The translations under genes and the position numbers were made by a program. This document shows, piece by piece, positions 8,498 through 21,400 of a stretch of DNA of 64,000 nt. The first letter of the stretch is position 1, and each line of letters starts with the position of its first letter. Source of the DNA: Catajapyx aquilonaris (Eukaryota); NCBI GenBank assembly GCA_000934665.2, contig KZ538211.1, forward strand, positions 62,001-126,000, in the 5' to 3' direction. The notes beneath the pieces are model-generated. The model was not told where the DNA came from. It ran no database searches and worked only from the letters and a program-made list of their open reading frames with translations.

Positions 8498-10795
8498 TAA
8501 TGAATTATATTTTGTTACGTACATTGCACTTTGTGCAGATTCTAAAAGCAATCATTGCAATCAATGTTCCCAGAATATGCAACAGTAGACACTGTAAATT
8601 CACGGTTAGTACAAGATTCGGAGGCTTTCCCCACAGGCATTTTTCAAAATTACAGGTATTCAAGTTATCGCTTGCGTATTTGCTTCATAAACCTTCGGCA
8701 TAATAAGATTGTAACACATTTTGATAGTATTTTACCTGACACCTTCTTCACCTGCAGTGCGGCAGGGTAGCCATATTGCTTTCCCAATGTGAGAGTTCAC
8801 ATATGCAATAACACACTGCAATTTGGTTGTGGCCAAGTCTATACTTCATTATTATTAACAACCGTTTTGCATAATTTGACAAATGCGACTAGTTATAAAT
8901 TAGTCGAGCTATACGCGCATTTAGTGTTTGAAAATGGGAAATTTCAGGAACCTTACCCGGTCATTGATTATGACACCTTATTACGTTAACGGTATTGTCG
9001 AATGCTCAAATAAGGTGCTTTTCAATTTCTGGTCTTTATGCAAATGGACCATGTTTATTATTTTCATGTTTTGTTCTTTTTGCATCCACATTCGCTCTTG
9101 AAGGTGCCCTAAAATTCTCTCCCTCTAATGAGTCACTTTTTACGACGGCTGAGAAAGTCGGTATTAAAGTTAGTTTTCAAGTAATCTTGCAGTGTTGCGA
9201 CCATTTCCACATTTCACAGTTTACTCTGAAGCACGCACTTGCACAGTGTCTATTTTTATGAAAATATGTTGGTGGACCTAATTGTGACTTCTCACCATAT
9301 ACTGGTGAACAAATCCCGGTTTATGGCCCTAATGGGGATTAAGCTACTCGGTCATAATTACGAGCATGCGATAGCAATTCTTCAAAGCTGCGTCTACAAT
9401 GCGGAAAAAAATGCGCTGTTCTAGAGACAAGATTTATGGACTCCATGGAACTGAGATTTCGCCTAATGGAACAACAACAAAAATTAGTCCGGCAAGTGAA
9501 ACCCAACTTGCCTGCGATTGACAACTAAAAAACACAAAGTGCATTAATATTCGCGACTGGCAGTAGCTGCAATGCTGCATTAAAGTCGCGTAATCGGAAG
9601 GCCGACTGGGCGTAATTTTGCGTTTCATAAGCAAACAACGGCCATAACTGACTGGAATCTGTGGACTATTGTAAAAACCGTAACTATCCCGACAATGGGC
9701 CATACAACAGTGCAGCAGCAGAGTTGGATTGCAATTCCGGGCCTAAAGTGCGCGCTGTGGAGGAACTGTTGAAAAGCCAAGCCAGTCGCACAAATAATGT
9801 GGGGAATCTCTGCCCATTCAATGCACGCTACATCGCCTTCGCTTCGAACAAAATCGATTATCGCAAACACAATGGCTCTGTTCTAAGGGCACACGAAGCA
9901 CGTCAACAAAAGGATGCCGTCAAAAGAATATTGAGGAACTTCGGCCACTTGCCTCCCAGAAATGTAATGATGGCATTCTCTGTACTTATGCTACAATGGC
10001 GCCTTCCTTTCAAATTGAGACCCTTATTTCATATTGTTATCATTGCGATATAGCCTCTCGGCTGAGTATTGCTCAAAGAGCTCGAAAAACCAGTTTCAAA
10101 TATTCGGTCCCTCCCCGCCTATAGAGCTGGGCGGCCTTACCCAAATTGCCAATAATGTAGAACCATGCCAATTAGGGGCCACGGAAAATGAGTCTGCAGA
10201 ACTTTCGGCTATACGACATAAGCCTAACAAAGTTACTAATCAACTTGCTAGTTTAATTTCTCGGCAGTGAATAATACTGCTGGCCGCATTATTTCAATAA
10301 TCTTTCATAACAGTGCCGCATATTATATTGCCTTCCCATATACAGAGAGGTCAGTTCAGTTAGGCATCTATAACCGTTCAATTAATGTATGCATAAATGT
10401 CATTAATGACACAAATATTTCAAAGAAGCGCACGGTTATGTGAATCCTTTTAAATTTAAAAAAAAAATCCCCATCCTATGCTATATGCTTATGGCATACA
10501 CCTTGGCAGTTTCATAACATCACAACATTAGTTTGAAACTAACAGTAACATCGATATTCACCAGCACACATTTAAAAAAACTTATTATATGAAGTTTACA
10601 ACACAAGATAGATTCTTTCTCCAACTGCAGGTGAAGCAGCAAAGGCATGCTTACTTGACGGGAATGAATGAGGTCCTGATTGTTGCTTCCAGCGGGTGAT
10701 TATTTTTAAACTAGTCGATGGGATAATGAATCCTCACACAATTTCTCCAGGTAACGCCTCCCCCTCCCTTCTTTAACGGCAGACCTCTTCTCGGG

Positions 10796-10859
10796 GCTTA
10801 TAGGCCCTTACATATTTGTAAGAGGTTAACCTCTTACAAATATGTAAGGGCCTATAAGC
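10796..10859. repeat. Perfect 64-bp spacerless palindrome
   Basis: GCTTATAGGCCCTTACATATTTGTAAGAGGTT|AACCTCTTACAAATATGTAAGGGCCTATAAGC, 32/32, centred on TTAA. Confidence 0.95.
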
Positions 10860-11301
10860 ATGCAGGCCTAACATCTCTGAACCTCACAAAAACTAATAAC
10901 ATATCACACGTCACATATGTAAAGGGACTTTTAAAAATCTGGTGACGAAATCCACCTTGCTAACCACAGCACAAAATTTGTAGGGTACAAGTTATTGTTA
11001 AATTAAATGCTTACTACCGATTTCAAATATGTAGTCAGTCCCAATAATTGTCATCAAATTTTCAGGAATAGCCTACTGTTTCGTATAAAAATTCATGCAA
11101 TGCATCCATAAAACAGCGTGATTAAAGATCATTCAGTCAATGAGTGAATTTAAAAATACCCCGCGTTAACTTTAATAAGACCCCAATATTTTAGGGGATT
11201 CGGTGGAATAAGCAAGTTTGCAATATTTTCAAGAGTCGAGTATGGATGGACTAAAAATATTGTTATGCGACGTAACGATGAATGTTTTTCCATCAATAAA
11301 A

Positions 11302-11697
11302 CTTGGGATTGCACCAATTACTTAATTGTTATTAAGCGACAATGAAATATCTGTTTTCTTCAAAACCGTTGAGCGGAGGGACTTGAGGTTTGCCTGTTGT
11401 GCAAGATGCATTTCTGTTTTGTGGTTTATCGGATGTCATTGTTGGGTGCAACAAAGTAATTCAGCCTCACGTAAGTATAGCGGGAAAAGTGGGCTTCCAC
11501 GGCCTAATCCGTTGTTGCTGCCAACAATGAAATCCGATAAACTGGGAAACACAAATGCATTTTGTCACAATAAGATTGTTGCATGTGTTCCCGAGCCAGT
11601 AACGATCCAAACGCCAAGTTCTTATAGGTTCAGCGGTTTTGAAGAAAGCAGACATCCCCCTTGTTGCTAATAGAAATTAATTGTTGAAATCGCACAA
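11302..11697. mobile_element. Degenerate ~395-bp foldback element / old palindromic MITE
   Basis: Collinear inverted blocks: 11347-11373 vs 11629-11655 (23/27); 11397-11420 vs 11546-11570; 11424-11454 vs 11512-11542 (28/31). Loop ~57 nt; the right arm has ~35 extra bp. Left end GGGATTGCACCAA resembles the TIR of the 34584 MITE. Ends approximate. Confidence 0.75.
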
Positions 11698-14600
11698 ATA
11701 TCCTGTTCATAGTTGGGCAGCATAGCAATTCTTTTGGCCATCCACATATGTGGACATAGAAATTGCAAAACTTGCTCTTTCCAGAGAAGAGCCAAACTGC
11801 TGTGATATTTTTTTGGTGTTTATTTATTTTTACTCACTGAAGCCCAGATTTATTGGTATTTAAAGTACACGAATAACTCTTCATTGTGGAATGTGCATAA
11901 ATTTTTAAAATTGAGAGTATAGACTCCACAAATACAGTGAATTTAATGTTGCTCAAATGTTGGAAATATTGATCGTGGCGATCTTTTAAACACACTGCTG
12001 AACATTTCAGCATGAAACAGTGCAACAAAGGAAATCTGGTGCGTATAGGCCTACTTGCAATAAATTCGGGATTAATCCACCAAAATTTACAGCCACTTCA
12101 AATAATGTTAAACCCACGATTAAGTGACATTATATCCAGGCTAAAATCCTCTCCAAGTCTGCGAACTCCGGCAACATATGCGGTCGAAAATCCGCGGATT
12201 TTGCCTTAAAAGAAACCACTTGCGTCGAATCTGGTGCGGTGCTCGTTTCAAGACAGATGCGGAGAGAGCTATGGTATATTAAAGAGGAAAGAAAAGGCCC
12301 GGGCTTTAAAGAATGCTCCTGGGAGAGAGGTTCAAGAAAGCATTCCATTCTCGGAATATTATAAGAGTCTGGAAGTGTTGAGGGAGAGGGTTAGGGCTGT
12401 GACTTGACAACAGCGAGAGAAAGTTTGACGGGGGAACCGCAACAGCATGGCGCGCATTACGCTGCTGCTGGTGCCGAGAGAGAGAAAGAGAATAAGGAGC
12501 TTCTCTCTCTGTCTGTCTCTCTGGGATTCCTGGAACCCTGGCGATGAAAACTAATTTGGAATCGGGCTGCCTTCCGGGAAAGGAGTCGGAAAGGTGGCTT
12601 GCTGCCTGTCACGTCTCTCCCAAGCCTTTTTAATCGAAGCGTTTTGGGCCAGGCACAATGGCGGGGCCGACTTGCTTGCTATCTGCTCTTCCGACAGCTG
12701 TTCGGATTAAGAAACGGAACCGGGATTTCCTACGGGAAATGGCCCTTCTCCACGGGAATATTATCAGTGCGCTGAGGATTCATCTCCAAGAAGAAGAAGA
12801 AGAAAGGGGGGAGGTACCCCCCAAAAAAACTTGGCAAGTTGTTAATCACGGCCAATGCCTCATTCTTTCCACTTCGGAAATGATGACACTCAACCAAGAT
12901 AGCAGTTGCCGATTTATAACATTGGAGCTCCAGCCCAGAAGCAATGACCGAGCGGGTAATCAGCGCCGAGGTTATTGCGATCCTGCCGTGATATTCCAAA
13001 ATCACATTTTTCTCAAATGATGACATCCGATGCGGGGAACCACCTCTTTTGGAGGGAGAATCACTTTCGCATCAAAACATGACAGCTCAATTTCAAATTG
13101 ATAAAAAATAATACTAGAGTAGACTACATGTTAATGGCTTCGTTTGTAGAAGATAACAAGTTCTCGGGATGACATAAAAATAATTGGTGCCATTCAGTTC
13201 TCTTCGAATACAATTTGTTTTGTTATTTTTCTTCGAAGGCAACCAATTCACTCTCAATCTGCTACACTGACATTTATGATATTCTGCTGTTACCAATTAA
13301 CTGACTACTAGTGACATGTAATTCGTGGATGTACAATAGGCAGATACTCTGCACATGGCAGATGATATATTTAAAATGCCATAAAGTACTGATGCACTTT
13401 ACGACTTACTGCTTTACATAAAAGAGAATGAAATTAAATTTCGCATTTTTTTCGTACATAAAATTGCATTTCCCTCTAAATACTCATAGATACTTGAGTT
13501 AGTCTTTGAAAACACAAAGTACTTGTACATATGTCCACAATAACACCTGTAGCACCAATAATTCAGTCCCATTAACTGAGAAACGGAGAAGTGGTTTACC
13601 ACAGGTCACAGAAATTGATACCCTAATTACGCAAAGGCAGCACATGGGCACAAAGAGGTTTTAAAATACTAAAACCATCGTCCAATTCCACAGTCTATCT
13701 ATACAGAAGGTCTGTATAACACTGCCATCTCCTTCAAACCCGCAGTCCAAGTCCAGAGCACCAATGACTGCGCTTTCTTATCTCCTATCAGACACTATAG
13801 ACAGTAACTGCAAGTGGTGTGTGTAATCATGTGACAATTTATTGCTGCAGGTGTCCCACCGCTGATAATCAGCCAAAGTAATCACCCTACACATGAAATA
13901 TGCTTGCACTGCATTAGTTGCTCTGCACTGCCAGGAATGATAATAAGATAAGCGCAGTAAATAAATTGCAGTGACGCCTGTTTCACAGTTATCCTTTTTC
14001 AAATATCGTAACTAGCAGACTTGCCAAATTGACACATTACACTAGGACTAGGCCTTTTCCATTGCATATCTACCTGCCTGTCCCTTACAGGTCAGCCCTC
14101 CCTTGTTTAACATTTGGAGAGAAATAAGGCCACATGTGTGCATTACTGGAATAGTTAAAGGCAGTGGTAGATGCCCCAAGTAAGGGTAAGGTATTACATA
14201 ACATTAAATTGATGGGAGATACCCACGATTGTCCGTGGTTAACTGCCTCGACGTTACACGACAGGAATGTCCACCAGTGCTTGATATTGCTCAATCTCTT
14301 ATATGGGGAACAAAAAAAAATTTCAGGGTGCGCCAGTGAGGGCAATAATCGATTGACTTCAGAAATAATACAATGTCGCTTAAAATGAAGAAGGAAAATG
14401 GCATGTCCTTCATAGCAGGATGCCTAAGGGATCCATCGTTTCTTCGTGATACCAGTTTTCTGTCCAGTCGGCTATTTTTTCTCCACTAATGGTAGTCGCA
14501 GTTCCAGTAAGCTAAACCAACAATAGAGCCCCGATGGCCAATTTAGTTTTGTGGGAACCAATTCTGCTTTATTGCATATGGCTAAAAACATCCCAATTTG

Positions 14601-16985
14601 AAAATGAAGGCCGACAGGAGAGGAGAGGGAGGAGAATAACTGTCATTTTTCAATTCCTTAATTGCCTCGGGAAATCTCAGAGCAACCCTGGATGGCCGCA
14701 ATTGCCACTTACCCAGCCAGAGTGATTACTTAAAGTACAGCAAGCATGGCGCACTCATGTGATACGATGACCTGTGGTTTCCTGCAACAGACATGGATAT
14801 GCCTCTCTAATGTGCATGTGATTTGGTTCGACGAGTTTATATTCGCACAACAAAACGCTGAAACTTTCCAATGTACTCTGGTGTACATATACAGGCCTGC
14901 TTTTAGCGGGCTGAGTGTACAAACAAAATTATTGTGGCGAACCAACATACGTATAGTTACAATGGAAATATTGTTAGACCAGATTTAAATGAGGTGCACC
15001 GGTGGAAATAAACCGCCGATTGTTTTGTAGAAACCATAGACCCTTTCATCATGATGCTATCACTCACCCACATAATTATAACAGGCTAGTTGCACTGTAA
15101 TATTTAAAAATCAATGTCACCAGTGAGGGTTCCACTGTTATCGTCATTTCTGCCACTCGTGCACTCTTCGGGGGGAACATGGTCCTGATGTGGCAGAATA
15201 CACAGGGATGTCTACTGCCGAGAGTTATTGTAGGTTCACATGGGTGTCTCTGTGGGTCCGCCTTGATTGGCGGATTCCAACCCTGAGCGACCCGGAGACA
15301 AGGGCAATGAAATTACAGGTTCCTGTGCATAAATCGCATGATGGCGTATCCGCACCATTTTCTGTCTTTTGACTCCGAGTGGCAAGCGGCGCAGCACAGA
15401 AGTGCAAGGCAAAAACGGCCCCACACACGGAGGGACCCTACCTGTCCACGCCATGTTGAAAACAAAACAAACAAACAAAACAAAGGAAGATCACCAGGTT
15501 TGGAGCGAGGTGTGGCCAAACGTCGTTGCGGCCACAGCGGGGTGATTTACGGGTCGTTTCGAGCTGAATGATGACCCTACCCACGCCTGTGATTTGAGGG
15601 AGGAGGAGAGAGCAGCACGTGCAAAATCGTTTCGTTTCGTCCAGACAAGGTAAATATCAGGTCCATATAATCGAAGAATCGATTCTACACAGGTATGTGT
15701 TGTGTGTGTGTCTGTGTATATGAGTGGCCCTTGCGAGTTATTAAGAGTGGTGCCCCCCCTTTTTCCAACTGCAATCCCCCCTCCAAATTGCAGGGTGGAG
15801 GTGTGTCAAAGCAACTTTCTCACAGATAGGAAGTCTTTTTCGCTAACGAAACGCTGGCGGGAGGCACGCAACTTTTCCAGGGTAATTAAGGCCCACCAAC
15901 TTGGGGCGTAAGATGCAGGAAAAAATATGCTGGGAGGGGAGAGGGGGGGTTGGTTCTTTTTGTGCTTTTTTCGGGGGAGGAGGGTGGGTGTATATACATA
16001 TATTTTTGAAGGGTTGAGGTCGTGAGAATCCCCGAGCAGAAGGCCGAGTGATGGCACCGTAAAGCTGCAGCGAAAAGGGGGCTTCCGCGGCTTCTGTTGG
16101 CTCGTGCTCGTACCAAGATATTGCCGGCGTTTCCAGGCTCGGGATTGCTCGTAAATGTCGGTCCTTTAACACGGTTGCACGTGAATCCTAACCGAGTCCG
16201 CTCTTAATACCAACAGAGTCTTCGCACCTGGAAATGTTCCCAATGGGGGGCATCCGGGGAGGTATTCAAATTGAATTTCTCGTTCTGACACAAAGTCTGG
16301 CAGCCTGCACCTGCGACTTGCGCGACACAGCTCCGCTGGGTACATTCTAGCCCGAACATCCAGTCGCTTTGCCTCAGCTTTAATTCTCACTTTGTATCCT
16401 TCTCGGCCATAAAAATGGGGCGATTATAATCTCTCGCGCGTCAAATTTGGTGCTTGAAAAATGTATGTGTTGGTAAAGGTCAGGGGTCGTGGAATCCATT
16501 CCATACATCCCTCTACACCGCCGTCATAATACCCTTCTGAGTTGTTGCCGCAAATTCCCCGATAACTCTTCAAAGTGGACCTTCGACTATTAGCGGCCCG
16601 CTTTGTGGAAGCCCCCCATAGCCGGCTGTGGAATAGTTTGAAAACCACCGGCTAATTCAGGACTCAGTTTGTAAAATAAAACCCCTCAAAGTGATTTCCC
16701 CCTCTCCCAATTTTTTTATTATTATTTGCATCGGTTGCCGGCAGGATCATGCGGCACGAGTATATAGGCCCGCGCAGGTTTTAATACCGGTACATACACG
16801 ATACAACTTACAGAGAGCGATTCTCCGCTTGCTTCCGACGAGACCACTTTTGCAATGCAAATCGGAAGGGATTAAAAGGGACACAAACCGCTTGTGTTTG
16901 CACCAGACGATCTAGTCACAGAGACAAGGGCTAGTTTGGGCCTTCTTTTTCTGACCGGTGCATTGTGCTTAGGGTGGTTGAGTGA

Positions 16986-17013
16986 GGGGTAGGGGGTGGG
17001 TGGGTGGGTAGGG
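16986..17013 (+). other. Canonical G-quadruplex-forming motif
   Basis: GGGGTAGGGGGTGGGTGGGTGGGTAGGG: six G-runs of 3 or more with 1-2 nt loops. Similar motifs near 31880-31903, 43950-43984 and 55146-55252. Confidence 0.6.
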
Positions 17014-18407
17014 CATCAAGGCAATCTTGCAAGTCGGTTGGTTCGAGGCTTGTGCTGCTGACTCCCTGGAACATTTCTCTCCGCTGAGTTGACTTTTATT
17101 TCACTTTTCAAGTAGCAGTTTGTTATTAGTGTCGAGTGGTTGGTTGGGGTCGTTCTCGCCGCGATCGAGATACAGATACTGTACATCCTGCAGAGCCAGA
17201 CGCCAGAATATAAAATAACGTGATACGACACTCGAGTTTCCGGTTTTGTGACGTAAAGTGCCAATCTCCCGGTGTAAAAGACATCGACGACATTCTCCCA
17301 AAAAAATACTCGTACATTAGTAGCACTGACTTTTATGAAAGGCGTGTTTTTCCCTGTCTGTTTAGGAGTGAAAATAAAGTGCGCATGTAGGCAGTTGCCC
17401 ATTGCCAAGACGGGCCAGGTTCAAACTGGACGGGTCTTTTCGCATCACACGATTATTCTTCTCTGCTGCAACCTTTGCCTTGAGAGCCCTGTACACGTTG
17501 TGTGGCGGCCATCTTGCCCAGATGATTTCATTTTTCTCACACTGACCTTCAACTCTGATTCAGGCCCAACAATATTCAAACCCGGTCAGTTCCAGTCAGG
17601 TAACTGTAAACTGCGGATTTTGGGCGTTTAGTTCGTAATCATCCCCACGTTTGAGGTACGTAATCCTTAAGATGCAATTTGGCTCTTTAACTAATAGCTA
17701 AAATGATTGGTGTTACTGGGCATGAATGTCATCACAATCGGAAGGCTCTTTACGGGGGTCAACGACATCGAGAATCAGACACATGCAGCCTGACCCATAC
17801 GTACGTACACTGAAGCAGTGTCAACATGACTAATTGCACAGTGAAACACCACCAATATGTAATAATTCCAGGGTGTAACGTAAAGTAGTGCCGACCAGAG
17901 CACTCGGCGAATGTGCATCAATCATGCAGCAAAGCCCCGTACGACGCACAGAATTATCGCCGAATCTCCCAACACGCAAGCTCAGCAGTACACCAGTTAG
18001 GCCAAAATGCGGCTAAAATCCCATACCCCTCCCCCTCCCCCCTCCCAGGCTGCAAAACAAAAGATTAAAAGCGCCGTACGGTGTTATTGTGTGAATCCGT
18101 GCCAAAAAGCACCGCCAACCTTGTCGCACCTCATTTGCATATCTTCACCTGGGATTAACCGCGGCGACTGGATGGGATAAATCAGCATTAGGTATGCAAA
18201 TCTCAGGGGTGACCCACAGGCGAAAAACCGTGTCCCACACGTGTCCCGCGGCCCCCTTATATAAATGTCCCCATCAAATTTTACTGATGCTCCTCGTGTT
18301 TGCACTGGCAGACAAGACAGTGAAATACGAGGCCTCTTCGTAGACTTTTCATACGGAAAACTAGTCTTCAAGCAAGGTGATACCGCCATCCCTCCCCCTT
18401 ACCTCTG

Positions 18408-18426
18408 CACACACACACACACACAC
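18408..18426 (+). repeat. (CA)9 microsatellite
   Basis: Read directly from the sequence. Confidence 0.9.
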
Positions 18427-21400
18427 CCCCATTCGGAATCGACCCCCACGAGCTTATTACTTATTCGTTTCCTCTTCCCAACTTGCGAGTATGTTAATCG
18501 GGCTCCTGACACGATCGTCGCCACGACACACTTGTCACTTGCCACACACACGTTGCTCAAAAAAGGTGTCCGTTTTTTCTCTCCATATACGTAAGTGTGT
18601 CCGTGTGTGAGAGAGGGGGAGGTGGGCTGCTGGGAAGATTTAATGCTGGATACGGGGGATGCTTGTAAAACAACATTTTTGGGCGTCGTTGCCACGTGTT
18701 CCCACAGAGTATGGCGTGTCCTGAGGAAAGCTGGGCCTTGCACAGGGTGATTCAGTTCATCCCTCCACACTGCCGATATGTCCTTTAGGGCAAGCAGTCA
18801 ATGTTTAATGCAAGAGGAACCCAAGATTAGCTCTAAACGGGACACGCATATAGGGTTCGATTCTCGGTACCGGCTGCAACGGCCAAGGCTGCCTCAGGAT
18901 TTCATCACCATCAGATCGCTTCCAAAAGGTAAATATTTCCCCGCGGGCCTGTTGCGCCACTGCACTGTCAGGTTAATATCTCGTGTCCGGATTGGAAAGG
19001 AGAAGTGACTGAAAAATTCATATGGCGGGATTTTCGTCCTTTTGCTATAAAGTCGTTGCTGTAAGGGCAGGGTTCTCCCAAAAAAAGATTGGTTAACAGC
19101 GGTGAAGCTGGAATTCATTGTGAGTTACATATTGGCATGTCAAACCTAGTCGAGCTGTTAATCATGACTAAAATTTATTGGTAATGTGCTTTTGAGAAGA
19201 ATTCGGGGGACCATGTACGGGCCCAGGTTTTTTTGTCTGAAGATTTCCGGATAGAAGCAGCTATAAAATTTTAAGCAGCTACATGAAGTAGTCAGCATGA
19301 TGACAATCAGATCCGCTATAAAAACGAATCCCTCAAGGCCGCTGATAAAGCGCTTCGGTGTATTTTGGTTCATATCGGAGTGCACGGGGGCGACCCCGGG
19401 GTCAAACACGAGGCAGAAATGGTCCCAGGCGTGGCCCTGACCTTATCGGCGGGGCTGATTATCATTAATCATGCACCATGTCGCACAACCACCTATTTGA
19501 CATATCCGCTTACATGTGTGGGGCAACAGCAGTGGTTTGGAGACCGAATCGCCTTGTGTCTGCTGCTGCCATCAAGGCAAAAGGTATACCCCGCACACGA
19601 CATCACCTGCCAAAATATAGGCCATAAAATGGCCCCGCTGGATCCGAGTCTGTACCTGGGCGTGTTCTTTTAATGACCCCCTCGATTTACAGCCCAGGTG
19701 CTGTCTTGGGGCCGGCTGTTGCCCAATAAGTGCCTGGAATTAAGGTGCTATCCGGAGATGGGGACTGTGCGAGGCTGCCATTATCCAATCACGAACTCGG
19801 GTCTATCTCCAGAAACGACTCGTTTCCATCCGGCTGGAAACTTCATTTCGCCACGCTCACTAGTCGCAGATATTGCTCAATGGACGCCATCTTTGCTTCA
19901 TGGCAAGTTAACATCACAGCCTGACATTATTGCCGCCATGATGTGTGGAAAAGGCACTGCGGTTCGTTACAAGGATGCCTTTAACCCACGGATTCATTGC
20001 TATTAACAATGGATCTGTTCCATCAAGCACGAACTCCCAAAACATTTCGATGGGGGTTTTATTTAAAGGTGATACACTTTTATCACATCGGGTAATATCT
20101 TCGAGCAATTCTCATGAAAAAAATTCAGCCATAATACGAACAAAATGCGCACTTTGTTCGTATTATGAACACCAGTGCATGTTTGGACAATTGCCTCAGC
20201 GTCTGAATTCACGGTGATCATAACGCAGGAATGTAGTCCTTTATAGGAGAGAGGGCCTTCCCTCGTATTGGCCAAAAAATAAAATATAAATGTGGTGCGA
20301 GTTGAGACCTTTCCATGATACTGCGCCTGCATTCCAAATGAAGATCAGTGTCCGAGGGGCGGCTCGCTGCTGACCAAGTCGTGCATTGTTTATTCTGGCT
20401 CATTACCGTGGGTGACATGTGGTCATATGCCTCTCCCGGTTGGAATGCACATCTCATTTTCCGCCCAGATATCTTGTAAGACAAGGCAAGCAGCTTGCAA
20501 AAATGAAACAGAGCCGTGTCCAAGGTGACGTCCAGAAACAAAAGAAAGTTGGTAAAACGGGCGGCAGTGCACACATACACACAGAGACAGACAACAAAAA
20601 AAAGGTGGGTAGGCCAGGCTCCTTGACAGTGGGAAAAGTGGGAATACAATTTAGCACCACGGGGGACAGAAGCACAAAAAGCACGCTCCCGCCATTATGA
20701 ATGCGTGCATGTGCGTGCGTCTATGTCCGTCCGCCCGTCGCAGCAGCAACCGGAGGAAAAGACCAGCACAACGGCAGCAGCAGCAAGCAGCCTCTCCAAG
20801 AATTAGTGGTCATGTAGCCGCTTACAAGTTTTGAATAGGAATAGGCGTTTTCGAGGTGGGGAAGGAGGGAGGGGGGAGATGCACATAACGAGGGAGAAAG
20901 GAGGCGGGGGGGGCGCAGCACATGGAGATGGGTATAAGGTTGGTGGAGTCTGTTCCTTTGCATTCCCCCTATCTGTGTCTAGGGCCATTTGGTCGCCATC
21001 TAATCACGACCGCCTGCCTTTTATTCCTCGCCACGGGAACAGGGCCCGGCTACCTCTTCAAGAAATACTACTCTGCTCTGACACATTCCATCCACCTTTT
21101 GTCTCACCTCCATTTTTTGTCACGCACGCAACGCACCTAATGTAGTACTTGGAGATTCAAAAAGAGTTCCAGCCACGGCCCAGATGAACATGGACGCACT
21201 CTTTCTTACGACGCACAATTCTTGGACCCTGGGATTGAGCAGTCAGCTCGAAAATTGCAATATTTGGACAAAAATGTTATTGCCAAACACGATTCTGCTT
21301 CAGCGGACCTGAATGAAATTGAATGAATTTGTGCCGGCAACTAAGGTACAGTACAAGACCTTTCTGTAGCTGAACATTTGGCCTGAGGGCTGGCCCCGAG

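Noticed and set aside
18827..18870. B-box-like GGTTCGATTC with upstream TAGCTC
   Set aside because: A-to-B spacing is too short and there is no cloverleaf; not a tRNA.
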